Shown here: positions 28,643 to 39,761 of the stretch, in pieces | How positions within the stretch are numbered: the first letter of the stretch is position 1 | Layout: each line of letters starts with the position of its first letter | Sequence record: SRR22947725_1806 | Direction: 5' to 3' (one strand) | Length of the DNA: 55,342 nucleotides | The notes under the pieces: generated by a model | Seen by the model: only the letters and a program-made list of their open reading frames with translations | Told to the model about the DNA's origin: nothing | Database searches by the model: none | Translations under genes and position numbers: made by a program

Positions 28643-30151
28643 ATGACCGACGACATTTGGCGACCTGAAGACAACGATTCCGCACGGCGTCGTCCGGGCC
28701 GGCTCGAGGCCGAAATGGATGCCTTCGACGACTCCGAGTTTGGTGGTCCGCTCTTTGGTAATACCTCCGAGCAGCAGGTCACACCCGGCCCAGAGGCTGC
28801 TGAGGCTCCGCTGTCGAACGACGACTGGCCAGAGGGTGGATCTGGTCGTCTTCAACTCGACGAGGATGGCACCGGTGCGATGCCGCACTGGACCGAAGAC
28901 GCAACTGGAGAAGTACCGGCCATCGAGCGAGCTGTCCCTGAGGCCGATCCAACCGACGATCTTGACGTCTGGTCTCCGTTCACGTCCGACGCGCCCGTCT
29001 GGAAGGAAGGCGACCCGGTCGATACGCCGTCGGGATCGGTCCCGACGGCCCCCTCAGACCCGACCGGTGAGATCTCTTGGGAAGACGCTCCAGTCGAGCC
29101 GGTCGCTGCAGCCGTCGATGCCGATACTGCTGGAGATGCCACCGAACTGAACGAGGTCGTGGCCGCAGCACCGCGCGAGCCGGCCCGAATCACGATTGGT
29201 ACCGACCCGTCAGGGATGCCTCGCCGACCCGAGCCGCAGCGCAGGGGCGGTGGCGGTCAGGGCCAACGTCCACCGAGTACGGGGGGCCCGCCACCCGGAG
29301 CCAAGCGCAATCTTCCGGTCGCGATCGCGAGCGGTTTGGTGCTGGCGGCAGTGTTCATCGCTGCTGCGATGTGGCGACCGCTCGGCGCAATCATTTTTGT
29401 CTGCATTCTGCTTGGGCTTGCAGCCATCGAGTACTTCTCAAAGGTCACCGAGAAGGGCTACCGCCCTGCCGTCGCCGCTGGCGTCGTGGCCTGTGTCGCT
29501 GCACCAGCCGTTGCTTACTGGGTCGGCGAGAACGGTATTCCGCTGGTCCTGGCGTTGGCATTCTTTGCCGGAGCGATGGGTTTCATCGGCTCTGACTCGA
29601 TCGAAGTTGGGCCGATGCCCAACATGGCCATCACGATGCTCGGTGTCGTATGGATCGGCGTGCTCGGCTCGTTCGCCGCGCTCATCATTCGTTACTCCAA
29701 CTTCTTTGGCGGGTTGAGCATCGGGACCGACACCTTGGTGCTGCTCGCCGTTGGCGTGGTTGCCAACGACGTCGGCGCGTACTTCGTCGGCAGTGCCTTC
29801 GGGCGGACACCGCTGCGCGGTTGGATCAGCCCCAATAAGTCGGTCGAAGGATTTCTTGGCGGCACCATCTTGACCCTCGTGGTCATGCTGCTCGTCGGGA
29901 TGCAAGATGCGAGCGACACGTGGTCTGACACCAGCCACCTCTTGATGCTCGGCATCGTCATCTCGATCTTCGCCCCACTCGGTGATCTCACCGAGAGCAT
30001 GTTCAAGCGGAACCTCGACGTCAAGGACTTCGGAGCACTGATCAAGGGCCACGGCGGTGTACTTGACCGCTTCGACGGCTTCTTGTTCGCACTGCCGGCC
30101 GTCTACTACTTGATGCTCGTTGTCGAGCCGTGGTCACAGCTCGGTTCCTGA
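28643..30151 (+). CDS. cdsA: Phosphatidate cytidylyltransferase with a long acidic N-terminal extension
   Basis: DVGAYFVG, ISPNKSVEG, GDLTESMFKR, KDFG, GHGGVLDRFD. Confidence 0.94.
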   Translation: MTDDIWRPEDNDSARRRPGRLEAEMDAFDDSEFGGPLFGNTSEQQVTPGPEAAEAPLSNDDWPEGGSGRLQLDEDGTGAMPHWTEDATGEVPAIERAVPEADPTDDLDVWSPFTSDAPVWKEGDPVDTPSGSVPTAPSDPTGEISWEDAPVEPVAAAVDADTAGDATELNEVVAAAPREPARITIGTDPSGMPRRPEPQRRGGGGQGQRPPSTGGPPPGAKRNLPVAIASGLVLAAVFIAAAMWRPLGAIIFVCILLGLAAIEYFSKVTEKGYRPAVAAGVVACVAAPAVAYWVGENGIPLVLALAFFAGAMGFIGSDSIEVGPMPNMAITMLGVVWIGVLGSFAALIIRYSNFFGGLSIGTDTLVLLAVGVVANDVGAYFVGSAFGRTPLRGWISPNKSVEGFLGGTILTLVVMLLVGMQDASDTWSDTSHLLMLGIVISIFAPLGDLTESMFKRNLDVKDFGALIKGHGGVLDRFDGFLFALPAVYYLMLVVEPWSQLGS

Positions 30152-30164
30152 GAAATTCGCACCG

Positions 30165-31322
30165 ATGACCGTTGATCCGGTTCGAGTCGCGATTGCTGGC
30201 TCAACCGGCTCGATCGGTACGCAAACGTTTGAGGTCATTCAGGCCGAGAACGATCGCGTCCCAGGCTCCTACGTCGTGACCGGCGTGAGTGTCAACAGCT
30301 CAGCGGACGCTGTCATCGCCCAGGCGGCAGCTTTCGACATCCCCCTCATCGTCGTCGCCGACGAGGCGACACGTTTCGATGTGGCGTCGCGCACATCGGC
30401 CGCGGTCGAGGGCGAGGCCACGGCATTGATCGCCGACGCGGATGTCGTGGTCAACGGTGTCGTCGGATTTGCCGGTCTTGAGATCACCGTGGAGACCCTC
30501 AGAGCTGGAAAACGCCTGGCGCTTGCGAACAAAGAGAGCCTCATTGCTGCGGGCCCTGTGGTCCAGCCGCTCCGATCGACGCCAGGCGCTGAGTTGGTGC
30601 CAGTCGACAGCGAACACTGTGCGCTCCACCAATGTCTGCGGGCGTCGTTCGAGAGCGATCGTGAGGTCAGTCGGCTGCTCTTGACGGCGAGCGGAGGTCC
30701 GTTCCGCGGCCGCACCGCTGATGACCTCGCCGCCGTGACCGTCGAAAAGGCGTTGGCCCACCCGACGTGGAGTATGGGTCCGAAGATCACGATCGACTCA
30801 AGCACGTTGATGAACAAGGGTCTCGAAGTGATCGAGGCGCACGAGCTGTACGGAACGCCGTACGACCAGATTGACGTGGTCGTGCACCCTCAATCTGTCG
30901 TCCATTCGATGGTCGAGTTCACCGATGGATCAACCATTGCCCAACTCAGCATGCCGACGATGAAGCTGCCAATCGGTTATGCGCTGGGCTACCCAAACCG
31001 CATCGCGACACCCTTCGGCCGCATCGATTGGGCCACGCTGGGCTCGCTCGACTTCGAGCCGCCAGATCTTGGCACCTTTCGCTGCTTGCAGCTCGCCTAC
31101 GACGCTGGCCGCTCAGGCGGTACGGCGCCCGCGTGGCTCAGCGCTGCGAACGAGGTGGCAGTTGAGAGTTTTCTCACAGGAAATTTACGATGGAATCAGA
31201 TTGCTGACGTGTGCGAGGCGGTGTTGGAGCGCCATGATGGTGGGATCCCCCACACCGTCGACGATGTGATCCAAGCGGATCAAGAAGCTCGACGAATTGC
31301 CGATGAGGTATTGCAACGATGA
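30165..31322 (+). CDS. dxr: 1-deoxy-D-xylulose-5-phosphate reductoisomerase
   Basis: GSTGSIG, LANKESL, PVDSEH, HPTWSMGPKITIDS, NKGLE. Confidence 0.98.
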   Translation: MTVDPVRVAIAGSTGSIGTQTFEVIQAENDRVPGSYVVTGVSVNSSADAVIAQAAAFDIPLIVVADEATRFDVASRTSAAVEGEATALIADADVVVNGVVGFAGLEITVETLRAGKRLALANKESLIAAGPVVQPLRSTPGAELVPVDSEHCALHQCLRASFESDREVSRLLLTASGGPFRGRTADDLAAVTVEKALAHPTWSMGPKITIDSSTLMNKGLEVIEAHELYGTPYDQIDVVVHPQSVVHSMVEFTDGSTIAQLSMPTMKLPIGYALGYPNRIATPFGRIDWATLGSLDFEPPDLGTFRCLQLAYDAGRSGGTAPAWLSAANEVAVESFLTGNLRWNQIADVCEAVLERHDGGIPHTVDDVIQADQEARRIADEVLQR

Positions 31323-32611
31323 CTGATCAACTCACACCTCCGAAACCGACTGAAGATGAGCTGTCGCGAGTAGCGAAAGCCAAGAGCGAAATCATGGCGG
31401 GCGGCGCCGTCACCGAGAACCTCACCGAGGATGAACTCGCCGGCGGTTGGAAGGGGGCGCTTTCGATGCTGGGCATCGTTGCGCTGTTTGCCTGGCTCGG
31501 CTTCGCGAACTTCTGGATCTTCGTCTTCGTGGTGGGTGTCGTTATTTCGATCTTCCTCCACGAACTCGGCCACTACCTCACGGCCCGGTGGACGGGCATG
31601 AAGGTCACTCAATTCTTCTTGTTCTTCGGACCCAGGCTCTGGAGTTTCCGTCGCGGCGAGACCGAGTACGGCGTTCGTTCGGTGCCGCTGGGGGCCTTCG
31701 TCCGCATCATCGGCATGAACCGTATGGACGAGGTCGAGCCAGGTGACGAAGCCCGCACGTACCGACAGAAAAGTTTTCCTCGCCGCCTCCTGGTGATCTC
31801 GGCTGGCTCGATCATGCACATGCTGATCGCCATCGTGCTGTTGTTCGGTGTGTATGCGATTGCCGGAGAAGAATCATTTAGGGATGGCGCTCGCGTCAGC
31901 CAACTGTCCGTCGGTGGACCGGCCGATGGCGCCGGCGTACTGCCCGGTGACATCGTGGTTGCCGTTGATGGCGTAGCCATCGACAGTCCCGCCGAACTCG
32001 GCGAGGTAATCCGGACCAACCAGCCGGACGACAGTGTCGTTCTTGGCGTACTCCGCAATGGCGAACTCGTCGCTCTCACGCTCACGCTCGGTGTCAACGA
32101 CAACGGCGATGCGCTGGCAGGAATCAGCAGCGGATCAGTGTTCGACACCATCGATCACTCGATCCCCGCGGCTGCTGGCAATGCAGTCACTGACATCTTC
32201 CCCTTTGCCTGGGAGTCGACCAAGGGTGTCGTGAAAGTGCTCAACCCGGTCAACATCATCAGCCACGTCACCGGTGACAACGACGACCTGAGCAGCCGCC
32301 CGACGACCCTGTACGGCGTGGCTCAGGTCTCTGACGACGTCGGCGAATCCTCCGGCTGGGCAGGAATGATCCTGCTTCTTGCGGTGCTCAACGTCTTCGT
32401 CGGCGTGTTCAACATGTTCCCGCTGCTCCCACTCGACGGCGGACACGCTGCCATTGCGATCTACGAGCGTGTGCGTGAAGCCGGGCGGGGTTCCAAACAG
32501 CGATATTTCGCCGACGTCGAGCGACTCATGCCCTTTGCGATGGGGGTGGTCACCGTGCTCGTCATGTTGATGTTTGCTGGCTTGTATCTGGACATCTCGC
32601 AGCCGTTGTAG
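31319..32611 (+). CDS. rseP: Site-2 (M50) zinc protease with PDZ domain
   Basis: HELGH, PLGAFVRI, PDZ region, FNMFPLLPLDGGH. Confidence 0.93.
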   Translation: MTDQLTPPKPTEDELSRVAKAKSEIMAGGAVTENLTEDELAGGWKGALSMLGIVALFAWLGFANFWIFVFVVGVVISIFLHELGHYLTARWTGMKVTQFFLFFGPRLWSFRRGETEYGVRSVPLGAFVRIIGMNRMDEVEPGDEARTYRQKSFPRRLLVISAGSIMHMLIAIVLLFGVYAIAGEESFRDGARVSQLSVGGPADGAGVLPGDIVVAVDGVAIDSPAELGEVIRTNQPDDSVVLGVLRNGELVALTLTLGVNDNGDALAGISSGSVFDTIDHSIPAAAGNAVTDIFPFAWESTKGVVKVLNPVNIISHVTGDNDDLSSRPTTLYGVAQVSDDVGESSGWAGMILLLAVLNVFVGVFNMFPLLPLDGGHAAIAIYERVREAGRGSKQRYFADVERLMPFAMGVVTVLVMLMFAGLYLDISQPL

Positions 32612-32732
32612 TTCAGCGCTCGAAGCTCGCTGCGCTCGCCTCGCTGTCAGCGGCCTCATGACTCCGAGGTAGTGCTAGCTGGGCGGCACCCTGTCCGACC
32701 GCTGTCTCCATCCACCGCGTATCGTTGACACC

Positions 32733-33953
32733 ATGCAGGTCACCAGTTCGGTTCCTCGGAAGACGACTCGTCAAATCTCTGTCGGCGACGTCAAGGTCGG
32801 TGGCGACGCTCCGATCACCATTCAATCGATGACGATCACGAAGACGGCTGACGTCGAAGGCACGCTGCAGCAGATTTATGCCCTCGCTGCCGCAGGCGCT
32901 GACATCGTGCGGTGCACGTGTAACGAGATCGAGGCTGCTGAAGGACTTGCCCAGATCGTGCCGCGATCACCGGTGCCGATCATCGCTGACATCCATCACC
33001 AGTACAAGATGGCAATGGCAGCCATGGAGGCCGGTGTCGACGGTTTGCGTCTGAACCCAGGCAATATCCGCAAGCCGGAACACATCAAGATCGTGGCAGC
33101 CGAAGCGAAGGACCGGAACCTCCCGATTCGTATCGGAGTCAACGCCGGTTCGCTCGACCCGAAGCTCTACGAAAAATACGGTGGTGCTACGCCCGAGGCG
33201 ATGGTCGAATCAGCCATGACCGAAATCGCTTACTTCGACGAAGTTGGTTTCGACCTCATCAAGATCTCGGTCAAGGCATCGAGTGTGCCGCTCATGGTCG
33301 ATGCCTATCGCATGCTGTCCGAGGTCACTGACCATCCGCTCCACCTGGGCGTCACCGAAGCCGGTCCGCCGCCGGCCGGCTTGATTAAGGCCACAGCCGG
33401 TATTGCCACCCTGCTGCTGGAAGGCATCGGCGACACGATCCGCTACTCGCTCACTGCGGACCCGGTCCAAGAGGCCAAGGCCGGTCGTCAGCTCCTCGAA
33501 GCCCTGGGACTGCGTGAACGCAAGAATATTGACCTCATTGCCTGCCCGTCGTGCGGCCGAGCTGAAGTCGATGTCATCAAGGTGGCGAATGAGGCAATGG
33601 AGGCGTTCGGCGAACGCAAGCTGCCACTTCAAGTCGCCGTGATGGGGTGCGTGGTGAACGGACCGGGCGAGGCGCGCGACGCCGACATTGGTATCGCTGC
33701 GGGGAACAAGCGGGGCCATCTGTTCATCAAGGGACAGAACGTTGCCGTCGTGCCCGAGGATGAGATGGTCGATCAGCTCGTCGAATGGGCAGAGTTCATC
33801 AATGAGCACGGCATCGATGCCGCACTCGAGCGTGCTGACTTGGACAAAGCGCGTCGCGAGGCAGAGAAGGATCGTGCGAAGTTGCTCGAAGAGCAGGGTG
33901 ACGATGCCAATGCCGCTGGCGAGAAAATCGTGGAGATCCGCAGGAAGGCCTGA
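32733..33953 (+). CDS. ispG: HMB-PP synthase
   Basis: IQSMT, RLNPGN, IRIGVNAGSL, HLGVTEAG, CPSCGR, MGCVVNGPGE. Confidence 0.98.
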   Translation: MQVTSSVPRKTTRQISVGDVKVGGDAPITIQSMTITKTADVEGTLQQIYALAAAGADIVRCTCNEIEAAEGLAQIVPRSPVPIIADIHHQYKMAMAAMEAGVDGLRLNPGNIRKPEHIKIVAAEAKDRNLPIRIGVNAGSLDPKLYEKYGGATPEAMVESAMTEIAYFDEVGFDLIKISVKASSVPLMVDAYRMLSEVTDHPLHLGVTEAGPPPAGLIKATAGIATLLLEGIGDTIRYSLTADPVQEAKAGRQLLEALGLRERKNIDLIACPSCGRAEVDVIKVANEAMEAFGERKLPLQVAVMGCVVNGPGEARDADIGIAAGNKRGHLFIKGQNVAVVPEDEMVDQLVEWAEFINEHGIDAALERADLDKARREAEKDRAKLLEEQGDDANAAGEKIVEIRRKA

Positions 33954-33978
33954 CCCGGCTGGATGCGGGTCTTGCCGT

Positions 33979-34947
33979 TCAGATCGAGGTCACGACAAAC
34001 GTGTCCGCGGATGCGACGAACTCGGTGCGTGGTGCCAGGTACAGCTGCTCGCCGGCGACGGAGAGAGCGAGTTCGTGGCCCGTGGAGGTGTGGTGTTCCC
34101 CGGCATCGAGCCAGATCAACTGCACACCTGCCTCCGGGAGTTCGTAGCGGCCGTCGACCACCTGCATGACCGGTTCGGCCAGTGGTGTTGGATCGACGAC
34201 GTCGAGGAGCAGGTCGATGTCGACGTGCTTGACGGTGAGGCCGCCGCGGACGACATTGTCGCTCGCTTGCATCAGCTCGATGCCAGAACCTCTCAGGTAG
34301 CCGTGCAGGTTCCCTGCGGTGAGGTGGAGGGCTTCGCCAGGCAGCAGCGAGACGTGATTGAGGAGCAGGGTCACAGCCACGCTTGGATCGCCGGGATACA
34401 TGGTGTCCAGCCGCTGGACCCACATCGCTTCGGGCCGATCGCTTGATGCGCACGCCTGCACAGCTGAAGCTGAGTCAAGCTCACCCCGGTACAGGCGCTG
34501 CATTGCTGTCCCGGCACCCTTGGCTGCCACCACCTGAGCGAGATCGTCAGCACCGACTGCCTGCAGCAGTTCGATCGTTCGGTCTTCGGGCCTGACCCCA
34601 CACAAGGCCTCGAATGGAGTGAGTGCGACGAGGAGTTCAGGCTTGGCATGAGGGTCGGCGAACACGCCGCGATCGAATCCCTCGCGTGCTTGCGCGGTCG
34701 TGGGGTGTGCTTGCAGCGAAAGTGGTTCGGCCGCGCTGAGGACCTTCAGAAGGTAGGGCAGCTCGCCGGTGAGGGTGGTCAGCGGTGATCCATCGGCCAG
34801 CTGCGTGGGGCCATTGGGGTGCGTGCCGAGCCATAACTCGGCCCACGGTTGGCCGTCGGCTGCGAGCCCCAGGAGTTGTGGCAAGAAGTGCGTATCGCCC
34901 CAGGCGTAGCGTTGGACGAACCCCTTGACTGGACGTCCCGAGGTCAC
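33979..34947 (-). CDS. manA: Mannose-6-phosphate isomerase (type I)
   Basis: YAWG, AELWLGTHP, LLKVL, LSLQAHP, KPEL, SDNVVRGGLT; GTGA overlap with the upstream gene. Confidence 0.92.
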   Translation of the reverse strand: MTSGRPVKGFVQRYAWGDTHFLPQLLGLAADGQPWAELWLGTHPNGPTQLADGSPLTTLTGELPYLLKVLSAAEPLSLQAHPTTAQAREGFDRGVFADPHAKPELLVALTPFEALCGVRPEDRTIELLQAVGADDLAQVVAAKGAGTAMQRLYRGELDSASAVQACASSDRPEAMWVQRLDTMYPGDPSVAVTLLLNHVSLLPGEALHLTAGNLHGYLRGSGIELMQASDNVVRGGLTVKHVDIDLLLDVVDPTPLAEPVMQVVDGRYELPEAGVQLIWLDAGEHHTSTGHELALSVAGEQLYLAPRTEFVASADTFVVTSI

Positions 34948-35570
34948 AGGTTGAGTTCGGCGGCGCGGGCGAGGACGCCGGCGCGTTCGGCGCCGATGGT
35001 GGTGCTGTCGCCATGGCCGGTGTGGACGACGGTGTGGTTGGGCAGTTCGAGCAACACGTTGCGGATTGTCGCAAGAATGGTCGGCTCGTCGGAGTAGATG
35101 CGGCCGGTAGCGCCAGGCCCGCCGCAGAACAGTGTGTCGCCACTGATGACGGCGCCGGTCGCAACGTCGTGGAAGCAACAGCAGCCCGGGGAGTGTCCGG
35201 GCGTGTGCAAGATACCGAGCTCGTGGCCGCCGGCGCTGATCGTGCGGCCTGGCTCGAGTGGGCCGTCGAAGTCGTGATCGGGATGGACGACATCCCAAAG
35301 AAATCGGTCGAACTCGTGGAGGAGGACCGGCGCATCGACTGCCTCGCGCAGCGCGACTGCGGCGTTGATGTGGTCGTTGTGCCCATGCGTCAAAACAATG
35401 CCGGCGACGTTGCGGCCGTTGACAGCATCCAGGATCGGCTGATGATCGTGCGCCGCGTCGAAGATCACGACTTCTTTGTCGTCGCCGACCAACCAGATGT
35501 TGTTGGTGACCTCCCACTCGCCGCCGTCGAGGGCGAAGATGCCGTCCGTGGTGACCAGTTCGATCGTCAC
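34944..35570 (-). CDS. MBL-fold hydrolase (Rv2260/Fmh-like partner of MscR)
   Basis: [26 protein letters not shown]; coupled to mscR. Confidence 0.92.
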   Translation of the reverse strand: MTIELVTTDGIFALDGGEWEVTNNIWLVGDDKEVVIFDAAHDHQPILDAVNGRNVAGIVLTHGHNDHINAAVALREAVDAPVLLHEFDRFLWDVVHPDHDFDGPLEPGRTISAGGHELGILHTPGHSPGCCCFHDVATGAVISGDTLFCGGPGATGRIYSDEPTILATIRNVLLELPNHTVVHTGHGDSTTIGAERAGVLARAAELNL

Positions 35571-36652
35571 AGCACGACCACGGAGCGGAGCACGTCGCCG
35601 CGCTCCATCTTGTGAAATGCCTCTTCGACGTCGTCGAGCTTGATGGTCTCTGAGACGAAACCGCCGAGGTCGAGCCGCCCCTGCAGGTACAGATCGATGA
35701 GCATCGGGAAGTCGCGTTCGGGCAAGCAGTCGCCGTACCACGACGACTTGAGCGAGCCGCCACGCCCGAAGATCTCGATGTATGGCAGCTCGATGGTCAT
35801 CTCGGGATTGGGCACGCCGACGAGTACGACGGTGCCAGCAAGATCGCGCGCTTCGAAGCACTGCTTGTAGACGTCGGGACGCCCAATCGCCTCGATGCAT
35901 ACATCGGCACCGTTGCCGTCCGTCACGGACCGAATGAACTCGACCGGGTCGGTGTTCTTTGAGTTGACCATGTGTGTTGCCCCGAACTGCTGAGCCCATT
36001 TGAGCTTGCGGTCGTCGATGTCGACGGCAATGATCTTTGATGCTCCAGCGAGCTTGGCGCCGGCTATCGCGGCATCGCCGACGCCACCGCAACCGAAGAC
36101 GGCAACGCTTTGGCCGCGCGAGACCTCGCCGGTATTGATTGCTGCGCCGATACCGGCCATAACGCCGCACCCGAGCAGCCCGGCCACCGTGGCCGGCGCT
36201 TCGGGGTTGACCTTGGTGCACTGTCCGGAGTGGACGAGCGTCTTCTCGCAGAAGGCGCCGATGCCGAGAGCGGGTGACAGTTCTGTGCCGTCGGTGAGCG
36301 TCATTTTCTGTTCGGCGTTGTGCGTGTCAAAGCAGTACTGAGGCTGGCCCCGCTTGCACGCCCGGCAGTTGCCGCACACAGCACGCCAGTTGAGAATGAC
36401 AAAATCACCGGGCGCGACGTTGGTCACGCCCGCGCCGATGGACTCGACGATGCCCGCCGCCTCGTGTCCGAGCAGGAAGGGGAACTCGTCGTTGATTCCG
36501 CCTTCGCGGTAGTGGAGGTCGGTGTGGCAGACGCCGCAGGCCTGAATGGCGACGATGGCCTCGCCCGGACCGGGATCCGGGATGACGATGGTTTCGAGCG
36601 AGACTGCCTCGCCCTTGGCCCTGGCAATAATTCCGCGTACTTCCTGACTCAT
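35567..36652 (-). CDS. mscR: S-(hydroxymethyl)mycothiol dehydrogenase
   Basis: [44 protein letters not shown]. Confidence 0.95.
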   Translation of the reverse strand: MSQEVRGIIARAKGEAVSLETIVIPDPGPGEAIVAIQACGVCHTDLHYREGGINDEFPFLLGHEAAGIVESIGAGVTNVAPGDFVILNWRAVCGNCRACKRGQPQYCFDTHNAEQKMTLTDGTELSPALGIGAFCEKTLVHSGQCTKVNPEAPATVAGLLGCGVMAGIGAAINTGEVSRGQSVAVFGCGGVGDAAIAGAKLAGASKIIAVDIDDRKLKWAQQFGATHMVNSKNTDPVEFIRSVTDGNGADVCIEAIGRPDVYKQCFEARDLAGTVVLVGVPNPEMTIELPYIEIFGRGGSLKSSWYGDCLPERDFPMLIDLYLQGRLDLGGFVSETIKLDDVEEAFHKMERGDVLRSVVVL

Positions 36653-36711
36653 GGCGCAGACGGTAGCGCAGCGCGCTCAGTCGAGTCGGAACGACAGCTA
36701 ATCTGCCGACG

Positions 36712-37329
36712 ATGTACGGCGGGAGACTCTTGCTGCTTCTGGTCGCCGCTGGGTTGACTGCAGCCTGCTCGTCTGATGGGCAGGCCGTCGAGTATCCAGA
36801 CGGTGTTGCACTCCTTGTGAACGATGGCGACGAAAGTCGAGCCTCGAACACGCTCCTGGCTCCTGCTCTGCTGGTGGTGACTGATGACGGACGGGTGATC
36901 TATTCGGCTCCTGCGGGGCAAGCCCGAGCGGGGCTGCTGCTTGCCGATGTGTGGGAGCAATCGCTGACGACTGCGGGCGTCGCCCTCGTGGACGAAGCGG
37001 TTGCTCGGGGAGCAGCGCCGGAGGATCTCGCGGCGCTCTCTGCAGTCGTTGGTGATGAGCTGGGCGACGTCACATTCTTTCTCCCAGACCGCTACGACTA
37101 CGTCGCTCGAGTGTTGGGGCCGGCGCAGGCCTTCGCGGAGTCTGAGAACCCTCTGATCGACTGGCCACAGAACGCGTCGCGGCGGCTTCGGGACGAGGGG
37201 TGTTTCTCTCTGCCTGACGTCGAGGTCGGTGAGCTCTTCGAGACCGCAGCCGCGGACAGCGTGTTCGTTGACGACGGCTTCGTCTACGTGGTCAATGCTC
37301 GACTGGCGTGGCCGGGCTTGGCCTGCTGA
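36712..37329 (+). CDS. Hypothetical lipoprotein
   Basis: LTAAC lipobox; TAATCT 7 nt before ATG. Confidence 0.75.
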   Translation: MYGGRLLLLLVAAGLTAACSSDGQAVEYPDGVALLVNDGDESRASNTLLAPALLVVTDDGRVIYSAPAGQARAGLLLADVWEQSLTTAGVALVDEAVARGAAPEDLAALSAVVGDELGDVTFFLPDRYDYVARVLGPAQAFAESENPLIDWPQNASRRLRDEGCFSLPDVEVGELFETAAADSVFVDDGFVYVVNARLAWPGLAC

Positions 37330-37337
37330 ACGGATCG

Positions 37338-38015
37338 TCAGAACAGTCGGAGTTCGTCGGGTTTCATGCCGCGCAGCTCGTCGTAGTCGACTTCGACCCA
37401 TGTGAAGCCGCGTGATTCGGCGAGCACCTTGGCTTGCGGTTTGACGACCTGCGCAACGAACACCCCGCGGATGTCGCCGAGCGAGGAGTCGAGCTTCAAG
37501 CGCTCGATGTAGCGAGTGAGCTGCTCGACGCCGTCGATCTCGCCGCGTCGTTTGACCTCGACGGCAACGACAGTGTCCGCCTCGTCGCGACAGACAAGAT
37601 CGATCGGCCCGATGGCGGTGGGGTACTCGCGTCGGACGAGCGTGAGTCCGTCCTCGATGGCCGCAGGGCTTGCTGCCAGTAACTCCTGGAGGTGTGCCTC
37701 AACGCCATCTTTCTGGAGTCCTGGGTCCGTGCCCAACTCATGGTCGGAATCGCTGAACACCTCGTGGAGTGTGATTGTCAGCGTTTCCTTCTTGGGATTT
37801 GTGACAATCCAACGGTGACGGCCAGCTGATTGGTCGTGTTCTTCGACGACCTTGTTCGGCGCGTTCATCCAGTTCAGCGGCTTGTAGGCGCCACCGTCAG
37901 CATGAATAGCCACGCAGCCGTCGGCCTTCACCATGATCAACCGGTTGGCCTCAGGGAGGTGGGCAGCCAACTTGCCTGCGTAGTCAACGGAACAGCGGGC
38001 AATGACCAGGCGCAC
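37338..38015 (-). CDS. nucS: Mismatch-repair endonuclease NucS/EndoMS
   Basis: [48 protein letters not shown]. Confidence 0.97.
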   Translation of the reverse strand: MRLVIARCSVDYAGKLAAHLPEANRLIMVKADGCVAIHADGGAYKPLNWMNAPNKVVEEHDQSAGRHRWIVTNPKKETLTITLHEVFSDSDHELGTDPGLQKDGVEAHLQELLAASPAAIEDGLTLVRREYPTAIGPIDLVCRDEADTVVAVEVKRRGEIDGVEQLTRYIERLKLDSSLGDIRGVFVAQVVKPQAKVLAESRGFTWVEVDYDELRGMKPDELRLF

Positions 38016-38038
38016 GGGGTGCGACGCTACCGCATTGA

Positions 38039-39667
38039 TCAGCGAGTCGATTCGACGTGGGCTTGCATGCGCTTCTGGATCAGAGCCCGACGTTCCTGGA
38101 GTTCCTTGTACGTGATCGAGTTCACATCGGCTTCGAGGCCCATACTCGCCTTGACACCGTCGAGGTCGAACTCGACGGCGGTCGGATCCACACCGAGTTC
38201 CCGCCCCAGCCGTTCTCCGTGCTTCTGCGCAAAGAGCATGGAAATGTTTGCCACTTCGCTGAGCAGATCAAGGTCGGGTGCGAGTCGAGCGATAGCGCCG
38301 TCGAGAAACACGAGGTTCTTCACGTAGAGCATCAACTCCTTGGGCAGCTTTGCGCCGTATCCGAGCAAGGCCTTGACGATGCGCTGCACCTCGGTGACCA
38401 TCTCTTCGCCGGTGAGCGTGGTCGGGTCGATCACGTCTCGGTCGAGTCGCAGGTCAGAAATGACCGCATCGAGATCGGTGTCCGCAGGAAGCGCGCCAAG
38501 ATCGCGCAGCGCAGCCATCTGTCCCTTGACGTCGTTGGTGGTCGCACCCAACATGAGCCGTAAGAAGGCGTTGCGGCGCGGACCGCTGAGACGGCCGACG
38601 ATGCCATAGTCGAGCAGGGCGGTTCGACCGTCTTCGAGTACGAAGAGGTTGCCGCCGTGGAGGTCGCCGTGGAAGATGCCCTCCACCACGGCTCCTTCCA
38701 TGAAGGCGACCATCGCAGTACGCACCACGTCTTCGGTGTCGATCCCCGCATCTTGCATGCCGGCGACGTCGTCGAAGTTGAAGCCGTACACCCGCTCCAT
38801 CACGAGTACTCGGCGCGTGACCAAGGTGGGGTGGGGCCGCGGGACAACGTAGCGATCTTGCTCGAGGTCGTGCAGCATTGCCGCAACATCGAGCATGTTG
38901 GCGGCCTCCATCCGGAAGTCGAGTTCTTCGACGATCGTCTCTGCGAAAAGTTCGACGAGCGACGGAGGGTTGGCAAGGGCCGCGACCGGGATGCGGCCGA
39001 CAAGGTGCGGGGCCAGCCAGGCCATGACGCGGAGGTCTTTGCGGACGAATTGCGACACCGATGGTCGCTGGACTTTGACGACGACGTTTTCGCCGGTGAG
39101 CAGTGTTGCGCCATGGACCTGCGCGATCGAAGCTGCTGCCAGAGCAGTTTCGTCGAACGACGAAAAAACATCCTCGAGTCGAGCGCCCAGGTCTTCTTCG
39201 ACCGTGCGCCGGACGACATCAAAGGGTTCGGCGGGCACCTGGTCGCGGCACTTCTTGAATTCCTTGACCAATTCGGCGGGAAAGAGCCCTTCGCCGGACG
39301 AAATGATCTGACCGAGTTTGATGTAGGTCGGCCCGAGGTGCTCAGCGGCCTCGCGGAGGCGTTGTGAGATGACCGCTCTGCTCGCCTCGGGTGTGTCGAA
39401 AACCCCACGGCGTTTCTGGATCAACCACGGCACCACAGCGCGACCGAGGAGCGACGACACCGTGAGCACTCGTGATCCTGGTGGCAATCTTGAGGGCTTG
39501 GTCAGTTGCGGAACCTCGGCCTGTGCGGCTGCGCGCAGCGTCGCAGCAAGGCCGAGCCAGCGGACATCGTCGCGCTGGACTTCCCATGGACCGGCCTCGG
39601 TGAATGCTGCCCATGCCCGATCGGCGCCAGCAGCGTGGGCAGTAGTGGAGCCGGAGGCAGTCGACAT
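38039..39667 (-). CDS. ABC1/UbiB/AarF family kinase
   Basis: [41 protein letters not shown]. Confidence 0.93.
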   Translation of the reverse strand: MSTASGSTTAHAAGADRAWAAFTEAGPWEVQRDDVRWLGLAATLRAAAQAEVPQLTKPSRLPPGSRVLTVSSLLGRAVVPWLIQKRRGVFDTPEASRAVISQRLREAAEHLGPTYIKLGQIISSGEGLFPAELVKEFKKCRDQVPAEPFDVVRRTVEEDLGARLEDVFSSFDETALAAASIAQVHGATLLTGENVVVKVQRPSVSQFVRKDLRVMAWLAPHLVGRIPVAALANPPSLVELFAETIVEELDFRMEAANMLDVAAMLHDLEQDRYVVPRPHPTLVTRRVLVMERVYGFNFDDVAGMQDAGIDTEDVVRTAMVAFMEGAVVEGIFHGDLHGGNLFVLEDGRTALLDYGIVGRLSGPRRNAFLRLMLGATTNDVKGQMAALRDLGALPADTDLDAVISDLRLDRDVIDPTTLTGEEMVTEVQRIVKALLGYGAKLPKELMLYVKNLVFLDGAIARLAPDLDLLSEVANISMLFAQKHGERLGRELGVDPTAVEFDLDGVKASMGLEADVNSITYKELQERRALIQKRMQAHVESTR

Positions 39668-39726
39668 GACCTCAAGGATGCCGGAAACCTGGGGAATCAG
39701 CATCGCCGAGGTTGACGGAATCGTGA

Positions 39727-39761
39727 GTCAAGCGACACGTCGATCGTGCCGAAACAATGAC
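39727..39761 (+). promoter_or_regulatory. Candidate sigma-28 (WhiG/FliA) promoter, leaderless
   Basis: GTCAAG-N15-GCCGAAAC-N6-ATG. Confidence 0.6.

Noticed and set aside
32612-32660. REP-like GCTCGCTGCGCTCGC element after rseP
   Set aside because: I found only one copy in the window, so it cannot be called a repeat family.
33979-36221. 594-aa and 425-aa ORFs as novel fusions
   Set aside because: Their N-terminal parts are alternative-frame overlaps of neighbouring genes; true starts are the GTGA-overlap codons at 34947 and 35570.
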